Program-made: the position numbers and the translations under genes
Source: the human T2T-CHM13v2.0 reference genome, Homo sapiens
Assembly (NCBI RefSeq): GCF_009914755.1
Contig: NC_060934.1
Length of the DNA stretch: 64,000 nt
Strand: one strand, 5' to 3'
The notes under the pieces: model-generated
Seen by the model: the letters and a program-made list of their open reading frames with translations, nothing else
What the model was told of the DNA's origin: nothing
The model's database searches: none
Part shown: one piece after another, positions 41,480 to 56,995 of the stretch
Position numbering within the stretch: the stretch's first letter is position 1
How the letters are laid out: the number at the start of each line of letters is the position of its first letter

Positions 41480-42340
41480 TCCTGTTCTGGATAAGAGTAA
41501 AGGCACCGTGTCTCTCCCATTGAATGCAACTGAAAAGCCTGGATAGAATGCATGAAACAACTCTTTGAAGACTGAAAAGTCTTCTGGGGTAGAAGACTAC
41601 AATTCAAACTACCATTGAAATGGCAATGAGTTTACTTTCTTTCCTCCAGCATCTCCCAGACTCAGCTCAAAAGGGTACTGGTGCCAATAGAGACACCCTA
41701 AGGAGAATCCCCTTATTTCTGGCTCAAGGAGCAAAAAGGAGTCTCTTAATGCTCAGAGAAAGAATAAACCCCCCCCCCCCCATTTCTCTCTTCTTTCCTT
41801 TTCTCTGTTCTTTGAAGAAGGAGAACGTTCCCCTCCAATCCTTTGATCAAAGGAACTGTGATTCTAAGAACCTGGGGCAAGTGCCTGATGGTTTCATTTT
41901 CTTTCTCTCTCTCCATTTTCCTACCACTTGGACCCAGACACAGTGTAATCACAAGAAATATGCCGTAGCAGCAGAATAAATAAAGTCTCAGATTCTTTGA
42001 AAGCCTCAGGGAACGAAAAAGGACTATGTTGCAGAGATATTGCAGAAAAGGAGGAGCTTAGGAAGGCAATCACTTAAAGTTGTGTATGAACTCCTGGGCC
42101 CACCCCTAAATTGTGTGTGCTTTGTTCTGACCCTAAGCAGCATGCATCAGTCCTTGAGAACTGAACTATGAGAATGGCCACTGGACGAAGATCACACTGG
42201 ACACAGGAAGGTGCAAACACAGGACAGACGCAAACAGCACTCCAAAGGCTTTGAAATCATAAACAATTAAATTCACATTGGAATCACAACCCGTAGATAA
42301 GGCTGGTCAGAACCAGCAGCCTGAACCCAACCAGGTCATA
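41480..42340 (+). mobile_element. Probable old L1M 5' region
   Basis: gcaactgaaaagcctggatagaatgcatg...ctgaccctaagcagcatgc...tgagaactgaact resembles L1M4/L1MD 5' ends. Confidence 0.5.
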
Positions 42341-42344
42341 TGTG

Positions 42345-42551
42345 AACACCTGCTGGCACCTTGATCTTGGACTTCCCAACCTCCAGAACTGTGAGACATA
42401 AATTTCTATTGTTTTTTTTTAGTGTTTTTTATGTGTTTTGTGTTCTAAATTTTATTTTTCAGCCTCAATATATGACATTTTAAATTTTTGTTGTTTATAA
42501 GCTACCCAGTCTATGGAATTTGGTTATAGCAGCCCAAACAGGTAAAGACAC
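42345..42551 (+). mobile_element. MLT1 (A-C) 3' fragment containing a short retro-insertion
   Basis: gctggcaccttgatcttggacttcccaacctccagaactgtgag...ataagctacccagtctatgg...agcagcccaaacaggtaaagaca. Confidence 0.85.
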
Positions 42552-42552
42552 C

Positions 42553-42840
42553 AATATATCCAAAATATTAGTTCATCATATAATCAATATTTTTAAATGT
42601 TAATGAGATTTTTTTGTTTTTTTTTTCTTTCTATTAAGTCTTCAAAAGCCAGTGTGCATTTTGTACTTACAGCACAGTTCAATTCAGGCATTAGATTTTC
42701 ATCAGAAATACCTGATATGTATTTAGATTTCATAAAATTTACAATTGAAAAAAAGTGGATTCACATACTCAAGTTGTTCCAAACATACCTACGAGTTTTC
42801 CAGTTAGTGAATCGAGTATCAATTTAAGTTTATAAATTGA
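42553..42840. mobile_element. Charlie5/MER33-family DNA transposon fragment
   Basis: aatatatccaaaatatt...aagtcttcaaaagccagtgtgcattttgtacttacagcaca...tttcatcagaaatac. Confidence 0.65.
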
Positions 42841-43050
42841 GGGGGCTACATGATGTGTTCCTGATCTAATCATTTGTGGCTCTACTTTTTGTTAAATTAC
42901 ATGATTCATTGTTCTTAAGCATTATCTTCCTATAGGTAAGATAGTGCCAAGGCAGTGTCTTGGTGTAGATAAGATGGTTTCCTTGTGTCTAGAAAGATGA
43001 GAAGAGAATAGCTGGAGAAAGAAGGAAGATGGACCTGTTGGGTCCAATCC

Positions 43051-43170
43051 ACACTATTCGAGTGATGAGTGCACTAAAATCCCAGACTTCACCACTACGC
43101 AATACATCCATGTAACAAAACTGTACTTACACCCCTTGAATCTATAAAAAAATAAATAAACTTTTAATTT
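43051..43170 (+). mobile_element. L1PB/L1MA 3' end fragment
   Basis: cactaaaatcccagacttcaccactacgcaatacatccatgtaacaaaactg. Confidence 0.82.
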
Positions 43171-43775
43171 AAAAAAGGATAAAAATAGAAGATGCTGGGA
43201 ACTATTTTTAGAAAGACAGATGAGAGGAAAGAGAGTTGCTGTCAACCTTGAACATTGTCAAGAATTTGAGAAGGATAAACCAGCCTGGCCTCCCTTGGAG
43301 TCATGTGACCAAGAGCTGTTACTGAGAAACATCACTGTTGTCCCTGTAGGTTTAATACAAAAAGTGACTGAAAGACAAAATCTGAGTATTGTTCTTGATA
43401 ATAAAAGACAGGCAGATATATCAGGAAGAGGAAAGGAATTTATTACCACTGTCAAAGACCAAGACTGCAGTAATCCACAGGAGGGGGAAAAACATTAATC
43501 CATACCATGCTGAAATTATTTTCGTATACCCTTAAAAAGCAGAAGGGCGGAGAGGACAAATAGCAGTGAGCAATTTACTGGTTGTCTCACGTAGATTCTT
43601 TAAGGTTACAAGGAGCAGAGAGATGTGTAGTTTACCTTAGTTGAAAGTTAAAAGTGAAATAGACAAAAGAGGAGGGACATGTGTCCATTTCTGCATAGAA
43701 ATCTCATGGAACAGGAAAGCCATTTGGGTTGCAGCTGTAATTCCAGAGACCCTCTGGACACCACAGCTGCAGTGA

Positions 43776-44106
<331 letters not shown>

Positions 44107-45484
44107 TAGTATCCACTTTTTCTAAACCTATGCCCCACCATTTTGGGGCTAAGCTACATTCTGCTTCTGCTTCTACTTATTTGTGCTGCTATACTTATTA
44201 TCTAGCTAATCTGCCTAGTGTATCCCATATTCAGTCTCACGGAGAACCAGGGTGTGATTGGTTTTACTGGTCACCACTGAGACAGGGCAGCCTTATTGAC
44301 ATATCTGGCCTCCCCCTAGGCTAGCAGCAAATCTTTTGACTGGGGCTCATTCCTGATTAAAAAAAAAAAAAACAAAAACAAAAAACCAGTTCTGACCAGG
44401 ACAGCAGGATCATATGGTACCAGGCATCTGACCTAGAGATCCATCAGTTTTATCAGAAGAGAGTTATGGGCATGGCAGACACTCAATGAATCATGGACTT
44501 CTCAGCTGATTTAGGGTTAAGTCTGTAACCCAACTCTGTAAAAATGAATGTGCATGTTTGTTATCTGCAGTATTAGACTGGACTTAAATCTACAGAATCT
44601 AGATAGAAAAGTGAGAGGAAAAAGAATCCCAGTAATAAATAGGATAAATAGAATTAAGCTGATCAAAAAGTTTTATTACAAGAATGATTCTGTGTTTATT
44701 CATATGTTCATTCCAATCTTCAAAGCATTTTTCAATATTCAACAAGGGGCTACCTTCTCCATGTGTGAATCTCATTTTAAATTATCTAAGACACAGTAGC
44801 AATTCGGAAGCTTTTCATTGATTAACATTTGGAAACTGAGCAAAAGAATATTTGCATGTCATCTTGTAGAGCAAAGGGCAGAGGGAAATAGAAGAGCAGA
44901 TATTGAGCAAAAATTAATGTAGAGTGAACTCTGCTAAGGAAAGAAGGGATACATGTTTTAAAATGTGTTTATAAGGCACACACATCTGCTTTGCCCTCAT
45001 GCTTTCATGGCTGATTGCAAAGACAAGAGGGGTAACTATTATTGACTTAATTTTGTGATTCCTGCAAATTCCCAAAGGGAAAGTAATCTAACATGACTAA
45101 TTTTTTAAAGTAAGAAATTAGGGAATCCTGCTATAAGGACCACCGGCTTGAAGCAGGATGCGCAATCAGTACCTTTGCTGAACAGATAGGAAGGAGATGA
45201 TACGTGTCTAAAACATGCCTTTTTATAGATCTGAACTTGAAATGGCAGGATCTGGAGTACAATGGCAGATCAAATATCTTTAGGACAATTTCCTATGCTT
45301 CTGCTATTTTTAGGTGTTCTACCCTGGCTTCTTCCTTAAGTCCCCCTAGCCTGCCTTTTATTGTTCTCCAAGTTACTCAGTATCTCTGCTTTTCTCTTGT
45401 TAGCCCCACCTTTCTCCCTCCCCTCACATTCTTGATAATTTGTATATCCTGCTTCTCTGTCCAGTTTTCCAATCCTAGACAAAG

Positions 45485-45590
45485 AGTTATTTACAACTGC
45501 CAAATGGTCACAATGGTTTTGTAAACAGGGCATTTATTTGAGTTAATGATTATCATCTTATTTGGGTTTTCATTATAGATCAAAGAATAC
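45485..45590. promoter_or_regulatory. Candidate endodermal enhancer motif cluster (FOX, HNF1, GATA, TCF/LEF)
   Basis: TATTTAC 45488, TGTAAACA 45520, GTTAATGATTATC 45542, TTATCA 45550 and AGATCAAAG 45577 in unique DNA. Confidence 0.35.
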
Positions 45591-46051
45591 TTTGGAATTT
45601 GATTTAGGATGAGATTGAAATTCTTAAAGGTCCTGTTTCAGGGTTGCATAGAGAGAAGAATGCAAACAAAGTCTTCCTTGGCAGGGGCCAGCTCTTATAA
45701 GACACCTCCTCTGTGGTTCATACTTGTTATTCCTCTGACCCATTTCCCGCGGTCACACAAACAGGTCTTGAATTGCTCAAAAATCGGGATAACAATTTTA
45801 AGCAATCTGGTCAAGGACAATTTGTTCTGTTCCTTATTGTCTGTTTCACTCTGACTTGGAGGCTTTGCTCACAAACACATCCAGGTGTTGATTATTGGAG
45901 ATTAGTCAGAAGCTTAAATGATAACTAAGTATTGTACACACCTGTGCATATGGACCTCTTACAAGAGCTAGTCTGGCAGTTAATTGTTGTCAAAGAATCA
46001 TATAAATCAAACTTCAAGAAAGGCAAAGCCAGAAAATAAGTGTTTACTGAG

Positions 46052-46598
46052 CGTATCAGTCAGGGTTCTCTAGAGGGACAGAACTAATAGGATAGATGTA
46101 TATATGAAGGGGAGTTTATTACGGAGTATTGACTCACGTGATCACAAGGTGAAGTCCCATAACCGGCCATCTCCAAGCTGAGGAGCAGAGAAGCCAGTCT
46201 GAGTCCCAAAACCTCAAAAGTAGGGAAGCCAACAATGCAGCCTTCAGTCTGTGGCCGAAGGCCCGAGAGCCCCTGACAAACCATTCGTGTTAAGTCCAAG
46301 AGTCCAAAAGCTGAAAAACTTGGAGTCTGATGTTTGAGGGCAGGAAGCATTGAGCATGGAAGAAAGATGAAGGCCAGAAGACTCAACAATCAAGTCCTTC
46401 TACTCTCTTCTGGCTGCTTTATTCTAGCCATGCTGCCAGCTGATTAGATGTGCCCATCCAGATTGAGGGTGGTTCTGCCTCTCCCAAGTCCATTGACTCA
46501 ACTGTTAATCTCCTTTGGCAACACTCACAGACACACTCAGGAACAATACTTTGCATCCTTCAATCCAATCAAGTTGACACTCAATATTAACCATCACG
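46052..46598 (-). mobile_element. MLT2A (ERVL) solo LTR
   Basis: gtatcagtcagggttctctagagggacagaactaataggata...aagttgacactcaatattaaccatcac; 5-bp TSD CTGAG at 46047-46051 and 46599-46603. Confidence 0.92.
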
Positions 46599-47028
46599 CT
46601 GAGTAACCAGCCAAATAATTTCTTTTTTGGCTTTGTAAGAAACTTTACGTGTACCTGATAAAAGGGAAAAAAGAACCTACTTGTAGTAAGGATCAACCGT
46701 TTCATATTGAATTAATCACATTTGCTCAGAAAGATACAAAAGGGTTACATAAATAATCTCCCTGCATGCTTTTCTTTGTATTTTTTAGTTTCCCTCAAAG
46801 CATTTGGTCACCTGAAGAAACTTCAGAAGTTGCCCATTCTAAGTTTTTAAGTTATATGAAGCATATGAAGAAATAGTCTCTTGATAAAGTTATTTTTACT
46901 ATTTAATATCTGGAAGAGAATCCAGGCACCAGAGCCATCAATTTGATCTGCAGAGAAACTGAGTCCTTAATTGGACACAATTTAATTATCATCAAGCATT
47001 TGTTAAGACCCTGATTGAAATGTCCAGC

Positions 47029-47250
47029 AAGCCAGCCTGGGCAACATGACGAAACCCCAGCTCTACAAAAAATACAAAAGTTAGCCAGGTATGGTGGAAC
47101 ACGCCTGCAGTCCCAGCTCAGGAGATGGAGGTGGGAGGATCACTTGAGCCCAGAAGGTCAAGGCTGCAGTGAGCGGTGGTTGCACCACTGCACACCAGCC
47201 GAAATGACACAGAGAGACCCTGTCTCAAAAAGAAAAAAAAAAGAAAAAAG
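47029..47250 (+). mobile_element. 5'-truncated AluJ
   Basis: Starts at ccagcctgggcaacat; TSD gaaatgtcca on both sides. Confidence 0.9.
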
Positions 47251-47489
47251 AAATGTCCAAGGAGAATGCAATAGGCCCAGCCTTTGTCTGCTGTGCTGAT
47301 GGAAGGAGACAGGCTAGGATAATCCACCTTTCCACCTCCCAAATATCCCTCTACCCCATCTCCCAAAGATGGAGAGACAAAGCAGTCACAAAACAGGAGA
47401 GGAAGAGAAAGTCAAAGAGAAAGTGTCTTGGAAAATATTTGGTCCTTCCAGAGAGGTTTGAGCGTTGCTCGTATCTTCAACATCAAAAT

Positions 47490-47544
47490 GTGTTACTCGC
47501 ACATTTCCGTGTTCCTAAGAATCACTTAAGGAACATGTTTTTGT

Positions 47545-47575
<31 letters not shown>

Positions 47576-47680
47576 CAGTTCCCAGAGATTCTGATTCCAG
47601 TTCAAAATTCAAATGATTTGGTGAGGCCCCAGGATTTGCAGTTTTAATTACCCTTTCTCTGTGAATCTAGAATGGTTTGG
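47490..47680. mobile_element. Decayed MER5-like element containing A25
   Basis: taagaatcacttaaggaac...cccagagattctgattc...ggccccaggatttgcagtttta; poly(A) at 47551-47575. Confidence 0.5.
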
Positions 47681-48082
47681 GTAATAGCTTCTGCTGGTTG
47701 ATAAATACAGAACACATTGCTCTTTTCTACCATGTTTTCATTGCAGACATCAAAGAAGTCTTCTATTTTCTTTTGACAGTTTGAAAATGTAATATTTTTA
47801 TTTTTGCAGTTCAGTGGGGACAAGGGAGAGTGAAGAGTAGATTGTCTTTATTTCCCTAAACACATTTTGTTTCATAGGAAAAGAAAACCTCTTTTAAAGT
47901 GATCTATATTGTCAATGTTTAGAGAGCTTTTCCTAACCTTGAACGCACCACTTTGAGAATTCTTTGAAGAGGCCAGTTAATATATCTGAGTTTTAGAGAG
48001 TAGATTGTCCAACAGATGTGCTATGTCTAAATTGTGGTAAAATAGCCACAATGTCAGAAATGTGTGCTGAGTAAAATCATTA

Positions 48083-48454
<372 letters not shown>

Positions 48455-48919
48455 TCAATTATGTACTTTGCAAGATTCAAAATAAAAGCTATTACACTTA
48501 GTGCATGTATTACCAAACCACTGCTTTTTAAAATATAAGGTTAGAATATTGTTTTAAGTATGGTCACTTTTGAGCGTATAAGCCCAAAAGAGGCAAAAGG
48601 TTTTTTCTCCTGTTTTCTAAAAATAAGTTGCCTTTGAATAAAAGCCATATATGGATATTTATCCCTAAAGGAGACTTTTTTTTCTTGGTTTTAAATTACT
48701 GAAACTATTTTGCATTCTTAACTACTGCATTCATTACTATGAATAGATTTAAAATTTTTCTTGCACAAATCGAACCGAGTTTTATAGAACACTTATGTAG
48801 TATTATGTAGAATTGCTACTTCTGATGCTCATCTTTTACATGTAAATAGAAAGATACAGTTTTGTAAAGCTAAAAAAAAACCTAAAGTTAAGCTTAGTGT
48901 TTTTTTTCCATTTACTTAT

Positions 48920-49347
48920 TGATATGGTATGAATGTTTGTTCCCTCCAAATCTCATGTTGAAATGTAATCCCCAGGGTTGGAGGTGGGGCCTGGTGGGAG
49001 GTGACTGGGTCATGGGAGTGGATCCCTCATGAATAGTTTGGCGCTATTCCCATGGTAATGATTGATTGAGTTCTCGCTGTAAGTTCCCGCAAGAGTTGGT
49101 TGTTTAAGGGAGCTTGACACTGCCTCCTCACTCTCTTCTTGCTCCCTCTCTCATCATGTGATATGCCGGCTTCCCCTGTGCCTTCCGCCTTGATTGTAAG
49201 CTTCCTGAGGCCTCATCAGAAGCCTCACAGATGCTGGTGCCATGCTTGTACAGCTTGCAGAACTATGACCCAAATAAGCCCTCTGTTTTTTTACAAATTA
49301 TCCAGTCTCAAGTATTCCTTTATAGCAATGCAAAATGGACTAACACA
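48920..49347 (+). mobile_element. MSTB-like MaLR solo LTR
   Basis: tgatatggtatgaatgtttgttccctccaaatctcatgttg...gcaaaatggactaacaca. Confidence 0.9.
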
Positions 49348-49716
49348 CATCATGAATTGTTTTGGGGAAAGATAGATATATGTTATTTTTTAATCTGAAT
49401 ATATGTTTCTGTTTCTATACAATATTCATTCCTGATCCTCAGATCTTAATCCATGTTACATATCTTAAAATGATATGGAAACTTCTGTGAGTTTTTTACT
49501 TTTTGTTGACAACAGATAAGCTCATTCTGTGTTGAGGTGAGAATCTTGGTGTTGGCCTGACCTCTGCTTACTGCCTGACATCCCATTCCCTATGGAATCA
49601 CAGTTAAAGTTTCCTGAATTTTACAGAAATATATGAATTATTTGATAGAACTGACAGTTTATAGAAAAGTATAATATAAACAACAATTTTTTTCCTCCTC
49701 AAGAATGGTTTTATGT

Positions 49717-50032
<316 letters not shown>

Positions 50033-50149
50033 TAAGAAAATAGAGTCAGCTTGTTCATAAACAGGCATCAGATGTTGTGTGTGTGCATCTGAAGTGGCTA
50101 GAAATAAGAAAAAAAAATAAACAAATTTTTATTTTAAATAAAACTAAAA

Positions 50150-50435
50150 ATGGGAGAAGGATGAAGGGAAGTTAAGGAGTACACAAATACACTTAGCTAG
50201 AAGGAATAAGATCTAGTACTCAATAGTACAGAAGAGAAGTTATAGCAAATAATTTATATTTCAAAATAACTACAAGAAATATTTGTGATGTTCTCAACAC
50301 AAAAGAGATAAATATTTGAGGTGACGCATATCCCAGTTACCCTGATTTAATCATTACACATTGTATACATATATCAAAATGTCGCAATACCCCCAAAATA
50401 AGTGCAACTATTATATAGCAAGTTTTTTTAAAAAA
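50150..50435 (+). mobile_element. L1MA 3' end
   Basis: tagaaggaataagatctagt...ttaccctgatttaatcattacacattgtatacat. Confidence 0.82.
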
Positions 50436-50540
50436 CAAAAGGAGCAATAAGAACCAGAAGACAATAAAATGATGTAAAATTGAGCCAGATGTGAAAGGAA
50501 AAACAATAAAGCTTAAAACACAACTAAGAGACATTCTGTA

Positions 50541-50847
<307 letters not shown>

Positions 50848-52284
50848 TGTTAGAAGGCAGTAAGACCTTGTCAACCAGTGTGACCATATTTAAAAAGAGA
50901 ACCATCATTGAGAATCCGTTTAAGAGAATGATCATCTTACCTTCATACCTCCAGAGACTAGTCTGATTCTGTCTCACTGTGGAGTATGGGCCAGACCAGA
51001 GAAGGTCTGCAGGAGCAGAAGGGTTTGTTTTGAAGCCATCCTGGAGGAGTCCTGATTTCCAAGCCTACCATTCCCTCCCTCCCTTCTTCTATTCTTTCAA
51101 TTGTCCTGATAGAGTGTAAGTATTAGAGCTCTCACTTGTCAGGACAGAAATCAAAATAAATTGGCTTAGGGTAGGAGTTTATAGATAATCAACTGGATAT
51201 GCAGTAAAATAGCCAAGGACACATCAGCATCAGGCATGGCTGCATCTGGGATCCCTGAAGTCCTCATTAGGAATCTCCCCTCCTCCCAGCATCTCTAGCT
51301 TCTGTGTGGCTTCCTTCTCGGTAGCTGAATTATCTGATAGAGCTGAAGTTCATTAAAGAGCATAATTTTCCCATGACAGTCTTGATCACTGGAACTGAAG
51401 AGGGTTAGTTATCTTTCCCCAGGGGGTACTGAGGCAGCATGCTCCTGGCTGTCATTCTTGAAAATTCCAGTTCACACCTGAAATGGAAGGGAATGTTATC
51501 CTAAGTGGCCAGGAGTAGGATATGCCTGAGAGTGAGACTTAGGGGGCTAGAGAAGCTGAAATCTGACTCCCGTTCTGGGAGACAAAGCTGGAGGAACAGA
51601 GGCCAGGTGTGCTAGGAGCTGAGCAGGGAAGGATAGTAGAGTCAGGGGCAGGAGGCGCATCTGAGCCAATTGCTGCAAGTAAGTATAGGAATGTGCGCTT
51701 CTCCTGTTGTTCATTTACTTTTTGGTTGTAGAGGGTGGGGGAAGAACATATTAAAGCCAGACATCACATGCTTCATTTCACAATAGTTGGGCTGCTTGGA
51801 CTGAATTTCACATATTTTATCTCATTGAATCTTTATTTTAAAAATTTAGAGTTAGCAACATTCATGATTAAGGATAAGGAGACTGAGGATTTAAGAGACT
51901 AAGAAACTAACCCATGGGCACTTATGCTGGGCAGGTATAGAATCTGACTAGAGGAGAGATTTTCCTGGAGTTCATTCACTGAGTATCTAGTATGCATCGG
52001 GCATGGTTCAAGGTTCTATGACAGGCGCTGGAGGAAGGATGTTCCAGCCACATCATACACGGCGTTGTAAGAATTAATGTACTCTAGGTGTGTGTGTGCT
52101 TCAGAGTTGATGCGTAAGAATTCAGAAGGACTTGAGGTCTCTCTGGAGAGAGAATGCTCTCTTAGCTCAAGAAACAGTATGGCCGCCTTCTTCCCTGCTG
52201 AAATCCCTCCCTGAATTTTGCTGAGTGGTACCACGGAAGGCCCCTTGCTAGATGCACCACTGGCTCTTTGTGTTACTTTATTGG

Positions 52285-52455
52285 AGAATCATAGCCTTTT
52301 ACAGCTACATAGACTTAGGGGGAGGATTTAACCAATCCTCTCATTTTACAGGTTAGAGAACTGAGGGCCAGATGGGATGAGTGGTTTACCCAAGATCACA
52401 CAGCTGGTTAGTGGCAAAGCTATGATATGAATCTCATCTAATTCCAAATCCTTTC
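52285..52455 (-). mobile_element. MIR
   Basis: ctcattttacaggttagagaactgagggccaga...cccaagatcacacagctggttagtggc. Confidence 0.8.
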
Positions 52456-54379
52456 TATGCTCTATCTGTACTCTTCCCAACCATTTAAGTTTCATGTTTG
52501 AATATCCAAAGGTAAGTTTCTTGTTGTTAACCAGAGTAGTTAAGTTTTGTGACCATAGGTCAGACCTAACATTCTAGTTCTCCTTCCTCCCTTCCCCGCT
52601 CCCTCCCTCCCTGCATGGCTCTCTCCTTCTTTTTAGCCTCCACTATCTTAAGAATGCTTTGGTTCTTAGATATGGGCAATAACCTCTCTCTTTTTCTGTA
52701 GCTCAGCATTTAGTATTCATGCAGCGAGCATATGATTTTTTCCTGATGTATTTTTATGTATTTTAAACTCTGGTTTGACTAGTCTACATTTGCTGTAAAT
52801 GCCCAGATTGCAAATGGTAGCAATGTGCTATAAAAATAAAATATTCTTATTGTAGTAAATATCCACAGATACAGAATGAGCGCCTGTTTTATCTCCATTT
52901 CCTTTCCTTCTCATTTACTGGCTAAGTACTTAGCCTTTTAAAAACCTTTCCGTGTGAATCAGTATGTAAAATATTTGTCATGTGTCCAAACTGAAAGTTA
53001 ATGAATTACAAAATATTCTTATTTTGTGAAATAGCATTTTATCTCTTTGTGCATGAAGTACACAGAAACAGGCAGTGGCTTTAAGTGTGATGATGGTCTT
53101 CACAAAGCAGAGATTATGTTACTTCTGTGAGATTTCTAAATCTCCCTCTATATCCAGTAATTCTCTCCTTGGACTAAATAGGGCAGAACATATTACATCT
53201 TTTCTATCCATTGTCTAACACGTAAATAAACTTTACTATCTTGTACTTTCTATTCCCTTAAAAAAAAAAAAAACTCTTTGTAAAGAAAGATTGTGCTGAT
53301 TTATTTTAAAAGCAACACTAAATCTTTCACTATACAAGGAAAACTCTAAGGTTGAACTTTTTTCTTACTAAAAACGATCTGCTCCTAGATATGGTGGAAT
53401 GCTTGCTTTAATCAGGAATACATAAGTCTTAAATGACTAATATAGAAGAGCAACAAAATCCACTCATTCTGAAGTTAAGAATAAATGTAATAACAGTCTT
53501 GTATGCAACAAAATCCTAGAAAGTCTACAAGAAGAACCTATTCAGAACAGTGCCTGCTGGGTGCAAATCCTCTGTTCTCCAGCTTTAGATCCTACTGTCA
53601 AATTCATGAACTACTAGCCTTAGGTCAGTTTGCCCATCACAGGACTTCACTCCTTTTTACCATGAAGTCTGACTGTGGGGCTGTCTGTTTCGCTCCTGGG
53701 TTGATTGGCTACAGCTGGTCTTGGAAGCAAATAACTCTTCATATAACATTAAGGGCTGCAAATTCCTACACCCTAGGATTCACCAACAGCTGAGACAGCA
53801 GCCGGGAAGGGTTAGTTTATACTTTTGAGGGTAAGAACACCACTTGTGGTTATGTCTGTCTGGAATCATATTCTGTGTTTTCGAGAGACATTTAACTCTA
53901 AACATTGGAAGTAATAAAAACATGTTCTGTGGTTACATGGTACCATATGTCTTTCAGAAGGCACTTGGAGCTTTACACATTTGATCTAACTCATTTTTAT
54001 TTCACCTTAGTTTTAAGAAGGTACCTTGTGTAACTTTGTTCTTACTAATGTACACATACACATAATTTATAGAGAGCCGGAGACCGAGCTACTAAGGTTT
54101 TAAGCAGCCTATTATAATCCAGTCAAGGCTGAGAGTTGAATGAATTCCACTGACCTGTATATTGTTCTCAAACTTTTGTTATCTCTTTGCTAGATCACTG
54201 CTTTCTCATTAAATGCATTGTTATTGAATTACAGTAATGGAAGTTTCAGGGCTTTGGAAGCAGTTAACCCATGTGTCACTCCTGGGCCAGTGACTCTTAG
54301 TTGCATGATATACAGCTTCCCATCAAAGCCTTAGTTTGTTCATCTTTTTGGTATTTTTTAAAAAGATAATTCCCCCGGG

Positions 54380-54975
<596 letters not shown>

Positions 54976-55125
54976 AAAATAATAATGAAGAGGATAATTC
55001 CTACTTCCTGACTTATTGGAAGGATTAAATAAGATAATATAAAAGCACTTAGTGCATTGTGTGATGCTGCATACCTGAAGCACCTGGAGTAGCCAAATTC
55101 ATAGAGATAGAAAGTAGAGAGGAGA

Positions 55126-55533
<408 letters not shown>

Positions 55534-55899
55534 TTAATGCATACAGAGTTCCAGTGTTGCAAGATAAAAAGAGTTCTGGAGATAGGTGATGGCGATGGTT
55601 GCAGATGAGTGTGAAAGTACTTAAGGCACTGCACTGTACACTTAAAAATGATTACGATGATAAATGTTACGGTATATGTATTTTACCACAATAATTTTTT
55701 TAAACACTTAGTGCACTCCCAAACAACTCCTGTTAACCTGCTCCTGCCTCCTTTCCTAGTCTTCCTTTTTGCCCTTGACAAATGGCTGTCCGTAACTGGA
55801 GATAGGATCAGGGGTTATCTGAAACTCTCTGAGTTGGGCAACTTGGATAGATCCACAGAACCCTAGTTAGTGGTGCTGGATCCACAGTTGAGAAATGAC

Positions 55900-56055
55900 A
55901 AGTACTTAGAGAACATCTAAGTTCCACATATTCATATTATACACAAGAAAACTGAGGTCTGGAGGAATTGAATGATTTGCCTAAAATGACACAGCAAATC
56001 AATGGCATAGCTGGAACCAAGACCCAAGATTACTAATTTTGAGTCCAATTTGCTT
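55900..56055 (-). mobile_element. MIR
   Basis: aagaaaactgaggtctggagg...aatgatttgcctaaaatgacacagc. Confidence 0.72.
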
Positions 56056-56071
56056 TTCAAAAAATGTCAGG

Positions 56072-56370
56072 GGCCGGGTGCAGTGGCTGATGCCTATAAT
56101 CCCAGCACTTTAGGAGGCCGAGGTGGGCGGATCACCTGAGGTCAGGAGTTCAAGACCAGCCTGGCCAACATGATGAAACCCTGTCTCTACTAAAAAATAC
56201 AAAAATTAGCTGGGCTCAGTGGCGGGCACCTGTAATCCCAGCTACTCAGGAGGCTAAGGCAGGGAGAATTGCTTGAACATGGGAGATGGAAGTTGCAGTG
56301 AGCCAAGATCAAGCCACTGCACTCTAACCTGGTGACACAGTGAGACTCTGACTTGGAATAAAAAAAAAAA
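56072..56370 (+). mobile_element. AluS (Sq/Sx)
   Basis: TSD aaaaaatgt(c/t)agg. Confidence 0.94.
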
Positions 56371-56995
56371 TGTTAGGTTTGCAACTGTCTCTGGGGATCA
56401 TTTGGGCCACTCTGTGACCTGAAGTTGAGCTAAGAGTTTTCTCTATTCTGATTAGATAACTTCAGAGACTGGGAAATAAAATATTCCCTTGACAAGAAGT
56501 TGTTTTAAATAGCTTATTTGAAGTATAAATGCACACATTTATACCTTTAGTAACTGCACACATTTAAATTTTCCCATTTGATAAACCTCAACGTATGTAT
56601 ATACCATGAAACTATCACCACAATCAAAATAATGACAAGTCCATCACCCATTTTTAATGTTTTTCTCCATCATACCTCATCACCAGGCCATCAACTGATC
56701 TCTGTTCTGTCACTAGAAACTAGCTTGCATTTTCTAGAGTAAATGGTATCATACATACTCCATTTTTGTCTCCCTTTTTCAACCAGCATAATTATTTTGA
56801 GATTCATCTACATTTTTGTGTGTATCAATAATTCATTTCTTTTTACTGTTGAGTAGTAGCCTATTGTTTGGATATGCCATGATCTGTTTATCCATTTAAA
56901 TGTTGACGTATATTTGGTTTGTTTCCAGTTTGGGGCTATTGCAGATAAATCCAATATGAACATTCACATAGAGTTTCTATATAGAGATAGAATTC

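Noticed and set aside
41620-41979. 119-aa ORF
   Set aside because: Low-complexity, inside a probable old L1 5' region, with no recognisable domain.
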